A stretch of DNA of 64,000 bases from the human T2T-CHM13v2.0 reference genome, Homo sapiens (GCF_009914755.1 NC_060926.1), one strand, 5' to 3'; numbered from the stretch's first letter, positions 24,368-40,254 are shown. Numbers and translations: made by a program. The notes: a model not told the origin generated them from the sequence alone.

Positions 24368-25403
24368 CCATGTAACAATATTTGGTCACATTTTAGTCTA
24401 TTTATTCTATATGAACAAGCAGACTTCCGGGAAATGAGAGTAATTACAAAGAATCAAGGTAAGTAGCACAAAGCAATAAAACTCAAATCCTTGACTTGGA
24501 GTTAAATTTCATGGTGTGACTCAGAGAACAAAGATAAATACAATTTTAATCATATTGTTATAACTATCGATCAGTAGAGACAAGCTATATGAACATCACT
24601 GATGTATAGTTTTTCTCCTTTCATTTTAGTTCTTCACTCTTGTGTAATTTCTCCTCAGAAATAAAAGTGTCAGCATTTGATATGACATATTAATATCTAT
24701 GGGGAAAAAGTAAAGAAAAACAATGCTATGAACCAAACATTTGCGCAGAATAATATGAAAATAAAAATAACAAGAACAAAAAGAGACTTGCTTCTTTGGA
24801 AGGCTTCTTATTTCTTGAGTTTTTAACATTGGGAAAAGAAACACAAAAGGATTCTGAAAGTCATCTATACCGCAAGAGAAGATTAGTAACCTGTGTACAG
24901 ACTGATTTTTAAATGAGAACAAGACATTTGGATATATCTAGGCCCAGAAGGCAAAGTAATAGTTTTGTAAACATACTCTGATTTTAAGTGCAGCATAATC
25001 ACATAATTTTCAACTGAATGCAATGTGTATTGTTGTCATATAGACCATGCAAATACCATAATGCCTCACTTGGCTGATAATGTTCCAAATAAATAGATTT
25101 TGAATATCGACACCTTTTGAGAAACAAACTTTTGAAAAATATAGCTATTCTAATAAAACATTTGTCTTATATATTACTTTATTTCCTATATCATTAAAAT
25201 GTAAAAGCCAAATACACATATATAATTGGCTCCAGCTTACTCCAGTTTCATCTTGAACTACTTTTCTCTGACTCTTTAAATTAGTCACTTTGTAATTTTT
25301 TCAATTCCTTTAGCTAAGCCAATCCACTTTGAACCCGACATTCTCCTTTGCATTGCGAATTTCTTGCATCCCTGTGTACTCAACATCTCTGCCCACCTCA
25401 ACA

Positions 25404-25404
<1 letters not shown>

Positions 25405-25451
<47 letters not shown>
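25405..25451. repeat. (AC)23 microsatellite, inside a probable L2 fragment (approx. 25240-25750)
   Basis: Uninterrupted AC run. Confidence 0.97.
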
Positions 25452-25452
<1 letters not shown>

Positions 25453-28400
25453 CTAAGGCTGGCTAAATTTTTTCTTTTTTAAATATCAGCTTATACATTT
25501 CTCAAGGAAGCATTCCCTGTGTCCCCTACTGCTCCACCAAATTATTCTACTTAATGAATTCTTCCACTATGCATTCTTAAAATACTTAGTAGCAATATCT
25601 ATAATCATGATCAAAGAAGTTCATGTAATTGACTCTAGATTCTAGATTCCTTGTGAGCAGGAACCATGTCTGTCTTGTTCAATGCTGTATGCCTTATGTA
25701 TAACACAATGGTGAGCACATGGTAATTGCTTGTTAAGTAATTTCTAAATGAAAACTGAACCCATACAGTTATGCAAAAAATACCACTTGAGGTAATTTTT
25801 TGCATGATAATATAGTGGTATTTCTTGTTCAAGATCCATAAGGCAGTGAGATTGTTAGTGTCCACTTACATATATGTATATATAGTCACAAACACCATTG
25901 GATTGTGAGAGGAATAGAACTTTGCAAAACGTTATAGTAAATTTTGCTTGGACGTCAGATTTCCTTTTTTCTTCTTGACCATTTAGTGTCCACTAATTAC
26001 ATATGTGTGCGTGTCTATTTAGTTTATTCAGTTTACCAGACACTAAACTAAATAGAGATAAAATATGTGTCTCTATATATAATATATATAATTACTGATT
26101 CATTATATATATAAAATGACTCAGTAACTCTGCTTATCTTTCATCAATTTTGAATTTGCCATTGTAGTACACAATAGGACAAATCTTTTAAATCTTATTT
26201 TTATGATTAATTACAAGTCAATGATTTATAGTCTGAGGTGAGCTCTACTGTGGTGCATACACATTAGCAGAAAAATTAATACCACGTGGGATCTTCTTTT
26301 TTTTTTTTCTAATTGTGTAGAGAGCTGATCATGACAATCTTTGATTTGGTCAGGGGGAAATTTCTGCAAGTGCTTCAATTCTCTAATGACTGTGTACAAG
26401 AAACAGTCTTGGACTCGATGAACCTTCAAAATATGTATCATCTCCAAGACTATATTTTCTAGATGAATTTTAGTGGTGAATTCTTTCAAATAAATTGAAA
26501 TGTTGATACTCTGGTTTCTCTTCACATCGTATTAATCTTTTACTAAATTGAATCTTTTACTAAACTGAAATGTTAACCCTCCAAGGAGCATTTACTTCCA
26601 AAGTTCATCAATAAATACATCAATGCCTTGTAAAGAAAGCAACATTCATTTAACCAAGGCAAAAATGATACAAAGTTGAAGCTTATAAAGTCAGGTAGTA
26701 GAAGTTATGGATCTTCTAGCCTTTGTAACATGAGGGCAGAGGGCTTCTAGAATTTGCCTGATTTGTGGCTGATAAAGAGCAGCGAGGGGCTTGGATTGTC
26801 TTCTGGACTTTTAAGACCTCACTGAATGATGAACACACACTACCAGAATCAAAGGATGGTTTTTGTCAGACAGCAGGACTAGACCAGACAGTAAAGCTAC
26901 AATTAAGTTTCATGCATGCTGGGAAATCCAGTTTTTCCGTATGAAAGTGGTCTGTAGGTAAAGAAACTGAAGAAAACAAAGGACCACCAGAAAATAAGAA
27001 AATAATGTATTGAGTAGCTTCATGTTTTATGCATTGTGTTACTTGCTTATTTAGGTTATCTTGTTTAATGCTGATATTGATCCCAGACCATAAGTACCTT
27101 TTATTTTACTGATGGAAAAACTGAGGCTCAAAGAGATGACATAAAACTAATGCTGCATCATACATCATAGAAAGAGGGACCATTTGAATCAAGATAAAGC
27201 TGACTCGAAAGTTGTTCCATGGAATAGTTATAAAGTAATATCTCTTAATACCGTGAGTCATAAGGGCCAACATCTTCTCCTTAATCCTTATAGCACTCTT
27301 TTGTATAATGTAAGATGTCATTAAGGCTTGTCTACAAAGTTTCTGTCTTCTAGATTCTGGGGTGAGATCGCCCTTATGGACACATGAAATCAGTAATCTT
27401 CCCTAAATCCTCAACGATTTATCAGGAGGATAATTTTATCATCTCCATTTTATAGATTAAGACAGTGAAGCAGAGGTAAGTAAAGTGATCAAAGACCTAT
27501 AACAGTGGAGATCCCAGTGAGAAGCAGTATTTTGTTTTTTTTCCTTTTATAATGATGCCTTGTATGCATAGCTACTGGAGGCATAAAATGTTCCAGACAT
27601 TCCTTGTCTTTACCTCTAACCTATAAGAAAAGCCACAAGCATAATAATCCACTAACTTCAGTGCTTTTTGGACGTTGAACCTCTCCAGAAACACGTTGGA
27701 AATGGAGAGAGGATCCTAGTTGTGACACAAAAGACCACTGTACTTCATTGACTTGTCAGAGAAAAAGAATATTGTAACATGTTACAGTAAATTTTGCTTG
27801 GACGTCACATTTCCTCTTTTCCTTCTTGCCTATTTCTTATCTCTGCGTTTCCTTTTACACAGCTCCAGAAACCCAGTGCTTTCATGCCACCTGTCAACAA
27901 CTCAAGGCGTATATTTACAACTGCGGTTCCTACACATATCTCATGTTCCAAAAATACTTCACCTTCCTTCTTCTCTAGTGCCAATAATTAAACCCTGGTT
28001 TCTTTAGTATAGCTCGGCTAGATGTTAGAAAAGCAATCGGACTCAATAAAGTCAATATATAAGCAGTGCCCATGTACTCTGAAATTATTGTACTCTGAAA
28101 GGCACACATCAATACATCACATGGATTCTATTGTTGAAGAGCTTACACGTTGTCTAGGGAGTCAAGGGGACAAATGAGGAAAGTTAAAAAATAAAAGATT
28201 TAAGTAAAAGTTCAAGATAATAGATAATGAGACATAAGTACGCAATTAACCACCATGTGAAGTGTAGTTGCCATAGAAGTTCAGAGAGAACAATGGATTA
28301 GAGCAAAGAAGGTGTGATGGAACACAAACGATTGCACCTAGATCACAATCAAAATGTCATTGAAATAATAATGAGCTAAAAATTTTTCATAATGTGAATA

Positions 28401-30349
28401 TTAATCCTCAAAAGGTTGACAATTGATCATTATCCTGAACTTCATAATGCTATTCACCCAACATCTATTTTTAAATAAATAGACTCTCCAATAAAACATA
28501 TTTAGTCTCAAAATATAATTACAAGTATGACCAATAATGGTTAAATATTCATGTCACGAACCATGAAAAAAAAGAAAAAACTCTCTTAAAACTACTAAGT
28601 AAAATGCACTGAAAATCGGCAAGAATTTGAGGGCAATGTGTAAAAGTGAAATATTTGTGTTAGGATGGAGAAATTAATGGTGACCTTTTTTCAAACTTCA
28701 ATTTTATATTATTGATACTGCATGTATGCACATTTCAACTTTGTTCCCACTGCTTCCTTAAACACATACACACACGCTCATTTCTCTAAATTAAATGCGA
28801 TATATTAATGTAATGCTACAGGAAGAGGGGGTGGTGCAACTCAAGAGTTCTGTCAGTCATTCTCACAGCTAGAAAGAGCACGCACAGCTCAAGTAGGGTG
28901 ATGCGCTGTTCGTGACTAATGCTTCAGATGACATCCCAGCTCCTTATGTGAAACAGCAGGCTTTTATATCCAGTTAAACAATATATTCATGTGAGACTGC
29001 TGTGATGTTGGGCGTAGAAGGCTGCAGGCTGTCTACTGCAGAGTTCAATGGTGCTTTGGGGAAGAAATTAGAATCTTAGTGCATGTCTAACTAGCTTAAG
29101 TAATTTCTTCCTTCACATCCCTCTCTTATGTGGATTTACATTAAGATATCTAAGTGTTTTACACAAAGATTTGTACAAGCACTTGTTCCCACTAGCTACT
29201 TACATTCAAAAATTTTGGTTTGGATATTGTTTCATCAGATTAATTTGAAATAAATACAGGTAACCTTGTGAATTTTGGATCTCATTGCCTGTGTGGAATG
29301 AACAGTGATTTAAATTTTCTTCCCTACACCTTTAAATGCTGTTTGTTTCCCATTGCAAAGGCACTGGAGTATCATATCAAAAACCAGCAGCAAGAAATGA
29401 AAAGCAGCAGGGACAAGCAGGTAACAAAATACAGAACTTACTCTGATAAATTAAAGGTCATACTCTGTTATCATGCATACTAAAGAGTTATTTTGTGCCA
29501 GTTGTGTAGCATTTAAGACAGAAGAATGGTTTAACAGCTACAAAAACAGGCAGAGCCATTGATAGACATCACTAAATACTGAGAATAAGAAAAATGAAAA
29601 GTAAGAGCAGCCCCACATTACCTTACAAATGGCATTTTGCCATTTTCCCAGATATGAGAATCTTGAGTACTTTCTAAATCATAATGTCATAACATTTAAA
29701 CCTATCCGCTCTAATAAAAACCTAAATATATATTTTTTCTAAAGTGTCTTTTCCCAGTTCTTGTTTTTTGAAAATTGGAAAATTATGTGGTTCAGCTGAA
29801 ATTTCTACACTCCATTATCAGTCTTGACTTTTAATCTAGTCTTCTTAATATTCAAATTGGTCCACGGAAAAAAAGATAGGTGAATGTTTCATACACAGTC
29901 TGATGTGGCCTATAAATGGAACTGCGAAAGTTCCCTATTCTCAAGTGGAAAAGAAAAGTCTGATTATTATGACATTCTGATCTTATTTTCAATGGACTTC
30001 AATCTCTCTCTTCCAGTTGTAACTGGAATGCAAGATTTTTTTTTCAATTAGAAAGATGAGGTTTGTCCATTGTATGCAAATAATTTAAGATTAAATGGTC
30101 TGGAATTGCAAAGGACCAAGAGTTGGATAAAGGTGCTGGATAATTGCTAGCCCCATTCAATTTTATAAAATGTAAAACCACTGAAGTAAAATAACCATTT
30201 TTTTCTTTTTGTAGATAAATTGAATACTATGGATATGAATTTAAATTCCTAAAATAACTTTCCCCAATACAAGTTAATTTTCTCTACCACCAATTATTTC
30301 TTAAAAGTAATTATCCTGTGGTCAGAATCACTGAGGAAAGAGAACCCTT

Positions 30350-30548
30350 GATGGTTAAGATAATGAGCTCTAATTCCTAGGTTCAAATCTTGGCTTCAAT
30401 ATTGACTAGCTGGATCAGTAGCATAACATCTTTTAACCTCAGTTTTCTCATCTGTAAAACAGATATTTGTAAGAATAGTATCCATAATATATGCCAATCT
30501 CTTAGCACAATGCCTGGCACATGGTAAGCACTCAGTAAATATTAGCCC
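30350..30548 (+). mobile_element. MIR
   Basis: Core cctcagttttctcatctgtaaaa and 3' end cttagcacaatgcctggcacatggtaagcactcagtaaatattagc. Confidence 0.75.
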
Positions 30549-31685
30549 TTATATTGTAGTCATGTCATTGTTTATTCTCTAGTATGATGTGCCTTACACA
30601 ATATATCTAAGAATGTGTACATCACAAAAAATATTTTTTTTACCCATCTGATCATAGAAAGTTGAAGTAAATGTGAAGAAGAGTGGAAAATAAATCTATT
30701 ATCTTTCCCAGAATGAGTAATGGCCAAAGAGTGAGCCTTATTATGAGTGATATCCCGAACGTAGGTGCTTTATCAAAATCACTGCACTTTCTCCCAAGCA
30801 ATGTCATCTTTATTCTCAGAGGTTTATGCATGCTACTTTTAAGTCAATGGGAACAACTGAAAAGAGGTCATTAGCTGGAAGAAACCACACAAAAAGAAAA
30901 AGCCAACAGCCCCTGCCCTGAGGGAAAACAGAATTCAGGGTACTACCATGTGTTCTGTGACAGCAGCATGGTGACAAAAGCTGTTCCCAGAATAAGAATA
31001 CTTTGGATAGCAATGAAGTCTTAAAATGACATTTTAATCCATATATTAATGCTTCAAAGGGATCCACTTCAACTAGAATGCCTTAACTCTTCTTTTTGCC
31101 CAATAATGCTCCTGGCAAAGAAGGGTCACAGAAACCATGAACAGGAGTGGATGCTGCTTGATCCATTTTCTGCAAAATGAGATTTGGGGACTGGATGGCT
31201 TCTAAGCTGACCCTCAATGCTAATGGCCCATGGTCCCAGGTATCAGATGGTGTTGTTGTAAAGACAAGCATTAGGCCACCTTGTTAAAACATGGTGATTG
31301 TGGATTTTCATGAGGAAATTAATTTTAGAGCCATTAAAAATAAAATACCATAAATGTTTTTTAACTCAGCAAATATCTTTTAAAAAGCAGTGAAATATTT
31401 GGCTTGACATGTTCTTTTCTTCATCTCTCTCTGTTTTTAAAACTAACTTATGGTGCCTTGACAATTTTATGAAGAATTTCAGTTGGCATCTGTGGAGATC
31501 TTTATAATTAAGCCATTACATTTTTCTGAAACGTTTCATGTTTTAAGCTTGTCTTCTTTCCTCTTTCTGCTATACAGACACACCCACCTCTTATCACTGA
31601 GACATTTCTCTGCATTCTTTCTACCCATTTACCACAGCATGTCATGGTTTTGACAGCCATCTTAAGAGGAGGAAGGCAGACATAG

Positions 31686-32013
<328 letters not shown>

Positions 32014-32352
32014 GAGATTTCAGTTTTATACAGAGTAGTTAAGACAATGAAGGACAAGGCATTATGATACTAGGAAATAGAGAAGTTTGTCTCCTCTTCA
32101 TTTGAAATTTTTAGCACTAAAGAGATTAGATCAGAAAAATTTAAGAAGAAATCTGAGGACTTCAAGTCAATGGCTGCTCTTTGCAAGCCCTTTTTGTCCA
32201 AAGTGTATCAAAATAAACCTTTTCTTGGATTGCTGAAACACCTGTGATCATGGGATCAGTACTTTTGGAGCTATTTCTGGTTCAAGAGACATTCTCATGA
32301 GAGTTCCTTTCCAATCAAATCTGTCAGGGGCTGACTTAAAAACCTGTAAGTG

Positions 32353-32692
<340 letters not shown>

Positions 32693-33170
32693 TCACCAAT
32701 TAAAACCCAGGCATCCTAAATAATGCAGTAGGTACAGAGGAGAAATAGTTCATTGCATAAAATATATCAGAATAAAACTATAAATTTCTCTACTTCCTTC
32801 AGTATTTCTTCTTAAACTTAAGCTACCTGTTATTTCTAGCGATCTCTAAATGCAGAACAGAATGAAGACAAGATAAAAACTACAAAGATATCCTATCAAA
32901 TTTGAGCTGATGCTCCATTACTAAGGACAATTGGAATTGATGCACACACATGTTCTTCTCCATCTTTTTTATAGCCCAATAGATCTATAGTTAGGCTGTG
33001 TCATATACAAGAAGAAGCCTGAACTAACTAGGCCGTATAACTCTGGCCTGATTAACACTTTATCTAATACTTTTTCTGAAGTCTTTTAATCTAAGTCTTG
33101 TTTTGACTTCATTGAAAATAAGCAGTTTGTTGGTAATCGCCACACAAGAACCCTACACATACTTAAAGAC

Positions 33171-33575
33171 TGTTATGAGCTCAATTGTTTATCCCCCAAA
33201 TTCATATGGTGAAGCCTTAACCCCTAAGACCTCAGAATGTGATGGTTTCTGGAAACAGAGACTTTAAGGAGGTGATTAAGTTAAAATGAGGCTGTTACGG
33301 TGGATCCTAATGCAATCTGACTGGTGTCCTTATAAGAGGAAGACTGGACACACAAAGAGACACAAGGGATGCACAGGCATAGAGGAAGGACTATGTGAAA
33401 ACCCAGCAAGAAGGTGGACATCTGCAAGCAAAGGAAACAGGCCTCAGAAGGAATCAAACCTGCTGACTACTTGATTTTGGACTTCCAGCCTCCAGAACTG
33501 TGAGAGAATAAATTTCTCTCATTTAAGCTACCACTCTGTGGTATTTTGCTATGGCAGTCCTAGCAAACTAATACA
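33171..33575 (+). mobile_element. MLT1B-like solo LTR
   Basis: tgttatgagctcaattgt...aagttaaaatgagg...ttttggacttccagcctccagaactgtgaga...cctagcaaactaataca. Confidence 0.85.
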
Positions 33576-36500
33576 GAGATAATTTAAACGTAGTTTGAAA
33601 TAATATATTGTTAGTTTATTCACAGATCTTTCATATTAAGATGTGATAGTATTTTGCTGCCAGTTGCTAAAATAGTCTAAAAGCGAGTATTCATGGATTT
33701 GCACACAGAATAAAGCTCTGTGTTAATGTCAAAATCATGTCCATTTTAATTATTAATTTTAGTTAAAATGTATTTTGTCCTGTTCTGGTTTTGCTGCAAA
33801 TTGTAATATTCTACATTACAGTCCTGGTAATTAGTACAGTTACCAAATAAACTCTATCCATGTACATTTTTTGCATGACTAAAACTATAAAATAATATTA
33901 TTTTCATCATGAAATATACATGATTATATGTAGTTCCATTAATGTATATAGAACAACTTTTCCAAAAGGAACTACTTAACCTCTCATACCATTAAATGAA
34001 TTTTCTTGAAGAAAACAAAGTATTTTCTACTACCATTTTCTTCACTTTGTGGCTCCTTATAACTTCCCTCCTTGTAACACCTGCTACGCGGATGACTGCA
34101 GCACTATTAAAAATTTACTGTCAGTGTTAGCTTTCCAAGTTATGGAAAAAGTCTCAGTGCAAAACAAACAATAAAAGCAACTCTGCATAAGACAAATCTT
34201 TACTTATGTTAATGATTACATGCGGTGACATTGTCTTATTTAAATATGCTTATATTTTCTTCAATTTGGAAACTACTGTGAGATCCCAAAAGATACACTG
34301 TGTCCACTTCAAAAACTCTAAAATTCTAAGTACCAAAGGACAAGCACATATTTATTCACACTAATTTTTATCCTTAGGAACTGCCTAAGAAATTTAAAAA
34401 AAAAAAAAAGAAAAAGTGATTTTGAGAGATTATAATTAGTTTTGTGAGGCTTGCTAAATAGTCATGGCAAAAAAAAAAAAAAAACAGCAACTTTCACTGT
34501 TAATTTGGAATGTTTATCTTCTACTCAAAACTGAACGAATGTCTTACATTGTTGTGCTTTTTCTTTGGTGCTTATCACTGAAGAAGAATGCCAATTCCAA
34601 GCCCAACTTGGACATATACCTCAGTAAAGCTGCCCTGCAGCAGGGCTGACCACCTCCACTGAAAATGCCTAGGCACAGTGAAGGCCCAGCAAGTGGATGA
34701 CGGCATCAGCTGGTCCTAAAACAAAAAGACTTGAGTACTATATGGATGTAATGACCTCAAGATCCCCTATATTTCCTAAGAAATTAGACATAGCTTCATC
34801 ATTTTCACCTATGAAGACAAACTTCAAAATATTTTTGGCCTGCTTTTTACTTAAAAAAATGCTTATGAAAAGGGAGTGGACAAACTTTGTCTATGCCTTT
34901 GTCTTCTGCTCTCTTTTGATGTTCCTGGAGCCTATACCCTTAGGAAGAACTTGATCTTGAATTACAATATCAGTGTCCTTCAAATTCCACTTCCCGTGTT
35001 ATAGTAAGCAATGCCTGGACTGTCATGTCACCTAGCTTAGCTCCAGACATTTGCAGACATTTATTCTGGCCCCTTTAGACTATTCCCTGCACTTTAGCCA
35101 GAAAAATTATTTGAAATCATGTGTTATCTGCAACAGACTATGTGTTCCAAGGGGGTAGTGACCATTCCTGCACTCCATGCTGTATCCCTAGCATAAGTCC
35201 AGACACATAGCCGGTCTTAAATAAATATTTCTGAATAAATTACTGAATTCACTGGGATTACCTCTCCTCAGTCTCTTCTGTCTTCCACTATCCTTTGTTC
35301 TAACATGGCTTATCAATCATAATTAACCTCTAGAATACTTATCAGGCCTCACTCATGCTTCCAGTTTCTTTTCCATGATCCAGACTTACTGAATTTGCCT
35401 TCTATTCCTTTCAAATCCTGCTTTTTGCTGGCGAAAATAGGTAGTCACAGTAGTGCTCACTTTTTTTAATGCAGTAGAAAAAGAGAAGCAATTTGACATT
35501 AATATTTAGATATGGAGTTAACTTCCTTCTTGAAACTTGACATAATGACTCTCTGCTAATCATTTGTAGAGATAGTCAACAATTCTAGTTTAGGTAGGAA
35601 AATTGAGAATAAAAAAAAAGCATAGGCCTGTTAATCTCTTTTTAGGAAGAGTTTGAGCATTCTGATTAGAAACAGATGTCATATAAGCTCTTACACATAA
35701 ATGAGTGCACTATTAGTTTGATATTTTATCGAGAAAGAAGCAACATGAAGAAAAATAGGCATATTTTATAGCAACTTGGTACTTAATAGAGTTTATGCCA
35801 AAGGAGGTCAGTGCAATGCATTTTCTTTTTTAGTTTTTGTTTGCACATTTTTTAAGGCCTGGAAAGTATGAGGGTATGAGTAGGATCCCAGCTGTGCCAA
35901 TTAATGACACATATAACCATAGATGCTTTATTTGGCTAGTCTTTAAAATAAACAAAAAAATTATAGGTTGCCAGATTTTTTGAGGAAGAAATTTTCTTTG
36001 ATGACTGAGCTAAGGGACCCCAACACAGTATATTATCAAGAGTACATCATTTTTAAAACATTTTATATTATCACTATAATTTAGGTAAAATTATAGTATA
36101 TTAGCACTAGATGATGTATTCTTCATCAAAAATGAAAAGTTTCCTTTTAGTAGCCATAGAAGGAAGAGTTCCCAATTTAAATCTCACGAAATCTTGCTTT
36201 CTTAAATATGTAAAATATAACACAAGATTTATGGAAAAAGGTAGTCAAGTCTATTTGATTTTTATGGAGGCTAGAACATTCCAGATTCAAATATCATGAA
36301 TAAACTCATAAACAAGTTACTATATCTTCTGTAAAATGGGGATAATTTATGAGGTTACTTTTAAGAATAATATGTAATGTCTGTAAAGTTGCTGGGAACA
36401 GTTTCTGGCACATATATATGATGGCTACTATTGTTTTTATAGATTACATAGAATCACAGATCCTTAGAAATAAAAACAACTTGAGCTAGAATCTGGTGTA

Positions 36501-38261
36501 ATTCCCATCCAATGCAGGATGATTTGATAATCTTGACAAATTGGTCTCTTGAGCTCTATAGAATTAGAACAGAGTCTAAAAGTTACCATAGCCCAGGAAG
36601 AGTTGAAGTACATTATCTTATAAAACTACTCTTGTTCATGCTATTTCCTTTCTAAAGTAAATGTAAAAAGTATGGAAAGAGCATCATCACAAATTGTGAA
36701 TACAATGGAGCTTCTCATTTTGGTTTGTTTTGGTTTGGCTATACATGAAATACCTTAATTCCATTCAGTCATTATGCTTAGTTTATCAAGTTAGTGGCCT
36801 TCTGGCATATTCAATACATACAACAGTAAAGTTCACAGTGTGAAACTTAAATGACAATACAATGAAAACACAAACAGATCTAATCCTAGATTTCCTATTG
36901 CAAGGGCAAGAAATTGAGAACACTGTAGTCAGGAAAATGTATATCAGGAAAATGAGATTTACAAACAATTTATATGTATAGAAACAAAACAATTAAAATC
37001 TGAAACAGACTCCAAAATGTAAAATATCTGACCTCACAGAAGGACTTTGAACCCTATTATACACCTTTCTTCATCCATGCAAATTCTATTTATTCTATTA
37101 GTCTACTTTGACGAGTCACTGAAGAATTGAGAGGCAGGAAAATATATGATGAAAGCAATTTTAAAAAGATAAACATCTTGGCTGCACACCAGATGGATTA
37201 AAATAATGGATACTGGGGAGGAATATTTATTGTTTATAGCTGATAACAGGAAAAGAGGCCCAATTGTGTAAAAAGCCTTAGATCATTAAAATAATGTCAG
37301 CCCAAGAATAAATGCCTCAACAGGAATAAACTGAACACCTTATCATAATCACTAACTTAGACTGAGTCTAGTTTCTCCAGGTAAAATTCAGGCAGTAGTC
37401 TCAGCTCTACCAGTAGGCACTGCATATTACAGGAGGTGACAAATGTTCCAGATTGCCTCAAATATCTTGGTTTGTTCCTATTATATAGGAGTAACTATCA
37501 ATAGTGCTTCTTTTTTTATCAGAATTGTGTCTGTTTGAATGATAATTTTTATGATCTTCTAATTATCGAATGCCACTGTGGAAATTTAAAAAAGAAAACT
37601 TTCCTGGATTGTTATAGCTTAAGCAAAAGGCTTGGGCAATCCCAACGTGCTTGGTGACAAAGGAAAAAAAAAAACAGCTCTACTTTCAGGAAATCTGGCT
37701 ATGTACGTGCACATGACTTGGAGACCCAAGCACAGACTGTATTTCAGCCTCGACTCATCCCCTCCGCTGGGACTCTGGGGCAGCACCCGAGCTGTCTAAC
37801 TCTACACAGTGCCCTGTCCACCAGCTAGCATGGTTTCTCTAATGTTCATTTACCAAATTTCAAATGAATTCCTTAGCACCCAGCCCACATTTTACTCTTC
37901 TGTGATATCAGCCTTGATTACTGAACACCATTCTGTTTTCTAAAATTGTACAGAACATATATTTTGTGCCACTCATTTGAACTATGTCTTTCTTAGTAAT
38001 GTCTTCATAGTGTTTTGCTTGGAGTGGGTTTGGGGACAGAAGCGGTACTGCACTTAATGTCTGCCAGGGTCAGGAGGAACAATCTTAAGTTTTTGGAAAG
38101 GTTTGTCTCCATTTATGTGAACTGAAGTCTGACAGCCAAGAGAAAATAAATTTGTTCCCAGAAAGAAATACAAACTAATACGGGGAGGTTAGTGACTATT
38201 GCAGTTGCAGGATTGCAAAACTAAACTATTTTGACTAATAATATAGTGGAATTAACTTTTA

Positions 38262-38495
38262 CTCAGCACTTACTACTTACCAGGTTTTTACCAATTTCTA
38301 ACTGTTTTGAAATTAATAACTCATTTAAACATCAAACAACCTTATGAGGTAAGTACTGTCATTGTCCCCACTTTTTAGATTAGGAAAATGAGATTAAAGA
38401 ACTTGGCAAAAAATTTCACATCTCATCAATGTTTGAACTAGGATTTGAACCCATGCAGTCTGGCTTTTGAATGTTCCCTCTGAACCTTCATGCTA
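38262..38495 (-). mobile_element. MIR
   Basis: aacaaccttatgaggtaagtactgtcattgtccccactttttagattaggaaaatgag...ggatttgaacccatgcagtctggc. Confidence 0.75.
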
Positions 38496-40254
38496 ACCTG
38501 CACACTTAACTTGCATTAAGTTTGTAGCATATGTCTGGTTTGATCATTTGATGTGTGGTATATATTCCTACAGCAATTTTAGTCATTAAGAGGAGTATTC
38601 AAGTTAGACTTGGCACTCACTTCTCCATCTAGACAAAGAATAACCAGCAGACAGGAAGAACACTATTATGAGAATGCTTCTAATCACAAAGGACCCCTAA
38701 ACAGCCCTTACAGATCTGAATAGAAGAAGTAATAACCACTGGTATCACAACCTTAGCACAACAAAGGTCTGAGCATCATCTGACCTGGTGAGGACCAACA
38801 ATAACATTTTATGAATTATTTTTTAGGGGAATTAAGAATTATTTATTAGGCAGCATTGCATAATCCTACAAAGCACTGGAGTAGGCTTTAGAACCTATGG
38901 TGTTGGCAAGTAAATGAATCTCCCTGTGTTTGCTCATTTATCACAAGGAGATACTGTAAGCTGTCTTATAAAGATTCTGTGAGTGTTAATGCAATAATGT
39001 TTGTAAATAAGGTATGTAAAATAATTAGCATATTGCCCCATATAGAGTGCCCACTACAGACTGCATGTCTAACTTATTGTTTCGGATACTAGCTCTTACA
39101 AATAGGCAGGAATTTCAAAAGGTTCTATGAATGTTTGGAATTTTGGATGAGTTCTGTTACCTCTTCACCCCAATGCTGGCGCAACATGAATTTCCTTTAT
39201 TGAATCAATTTGACAGATTTAACATTCTATTTGAACTCCATTTCCATAAAGCACAGGCCTCATCTAATTATCCCCAGGTCTGCCTTCTACTGTGATTGTG
39301 CTCATTCTGCCTTTCTTTTTTTACTAAAGCAAATCTTTTCATTTAAAAAAGCTTCCTTTTGCTTGTTTCGCCTCTAACCACAAAATGCACTCTCGTCCAA
39401 GTCCTCTGCCAACCTGAGCAATAAAAATAATAAATGAGACAACTGAAGACTCTACTTGGACCTTTAAAATGCTCCAGCGAAGGTGACCCTGAAAAATTAT
39501 TATGGCATGTTATCAATTAGGTGACACTATCAAGAAAAATGAAACCAAAATATTCCTTTATTCTGCCTGATTTTATATCTCATAAATCCTGCTAAAATAC
39601 TTCATTGGAAATGCATATGGTAATATCTAGACAGGCTTATGTTAGATATATTCTTTTTGGATTCTCAGTGGACATTTTACATATTAGGGCCACCAATATA
39701 GATAATATGCCCAAGATGACAAATTACTTCAATAATACTTAACATGAGGAAAGTCTGTCTCAACTTTGCGGGGAGGGGTAAACACAGCTGCTTTTTAACA
39801 CAGTTAAATTCATAAAGCTAAAAACAAAACAGACTTTAAAATGTTTAAAAGTCTGTCTTTGAGAAATATTCTACCCATGAGGCTAAATTTGACACAAAAT
39901 ATTCATCATCATAATTTAAATTTTAATATATGGCCTATTTAAAGGCTTCATACTTCAAAAGGTTTTTACATTTATTTTGTCATTCTGTCTTAATTAAGAA
40001 CCAACTCCAGTATTAGATTAAGTTACACCTTTGGATTGTTAGAAAAATTAGGTTGCTATTCTTCTGGAATAAATCTACTTTTCCAATAAACACATGAACA
40101 TGTCAAAATTTTTTTTAACAACAAATGCATTTGACTTACAATTACACAAAGGCATTATGTTTAATTATTTTTTTCTGAAATGTTATATAGAATTGAGTAA
40201 AAGGTATTTTTAGGTGGAAACCATTTCTAAACTCTTATTTCAAAAAAAAAAATC

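Noticed and set aside
37370-37386. Recursive-splice-like YAG/GT motif tttctccaggtaaa (also near 62770)
   Set aside because: It lies on the + strand, antisense to NRXN1.
39829-39856. Imperfect inverted repeat acagacttt...aaagtctgt
   Set aside because: Short and AT-rich; expected by chance and too small for a pre-miRNA.
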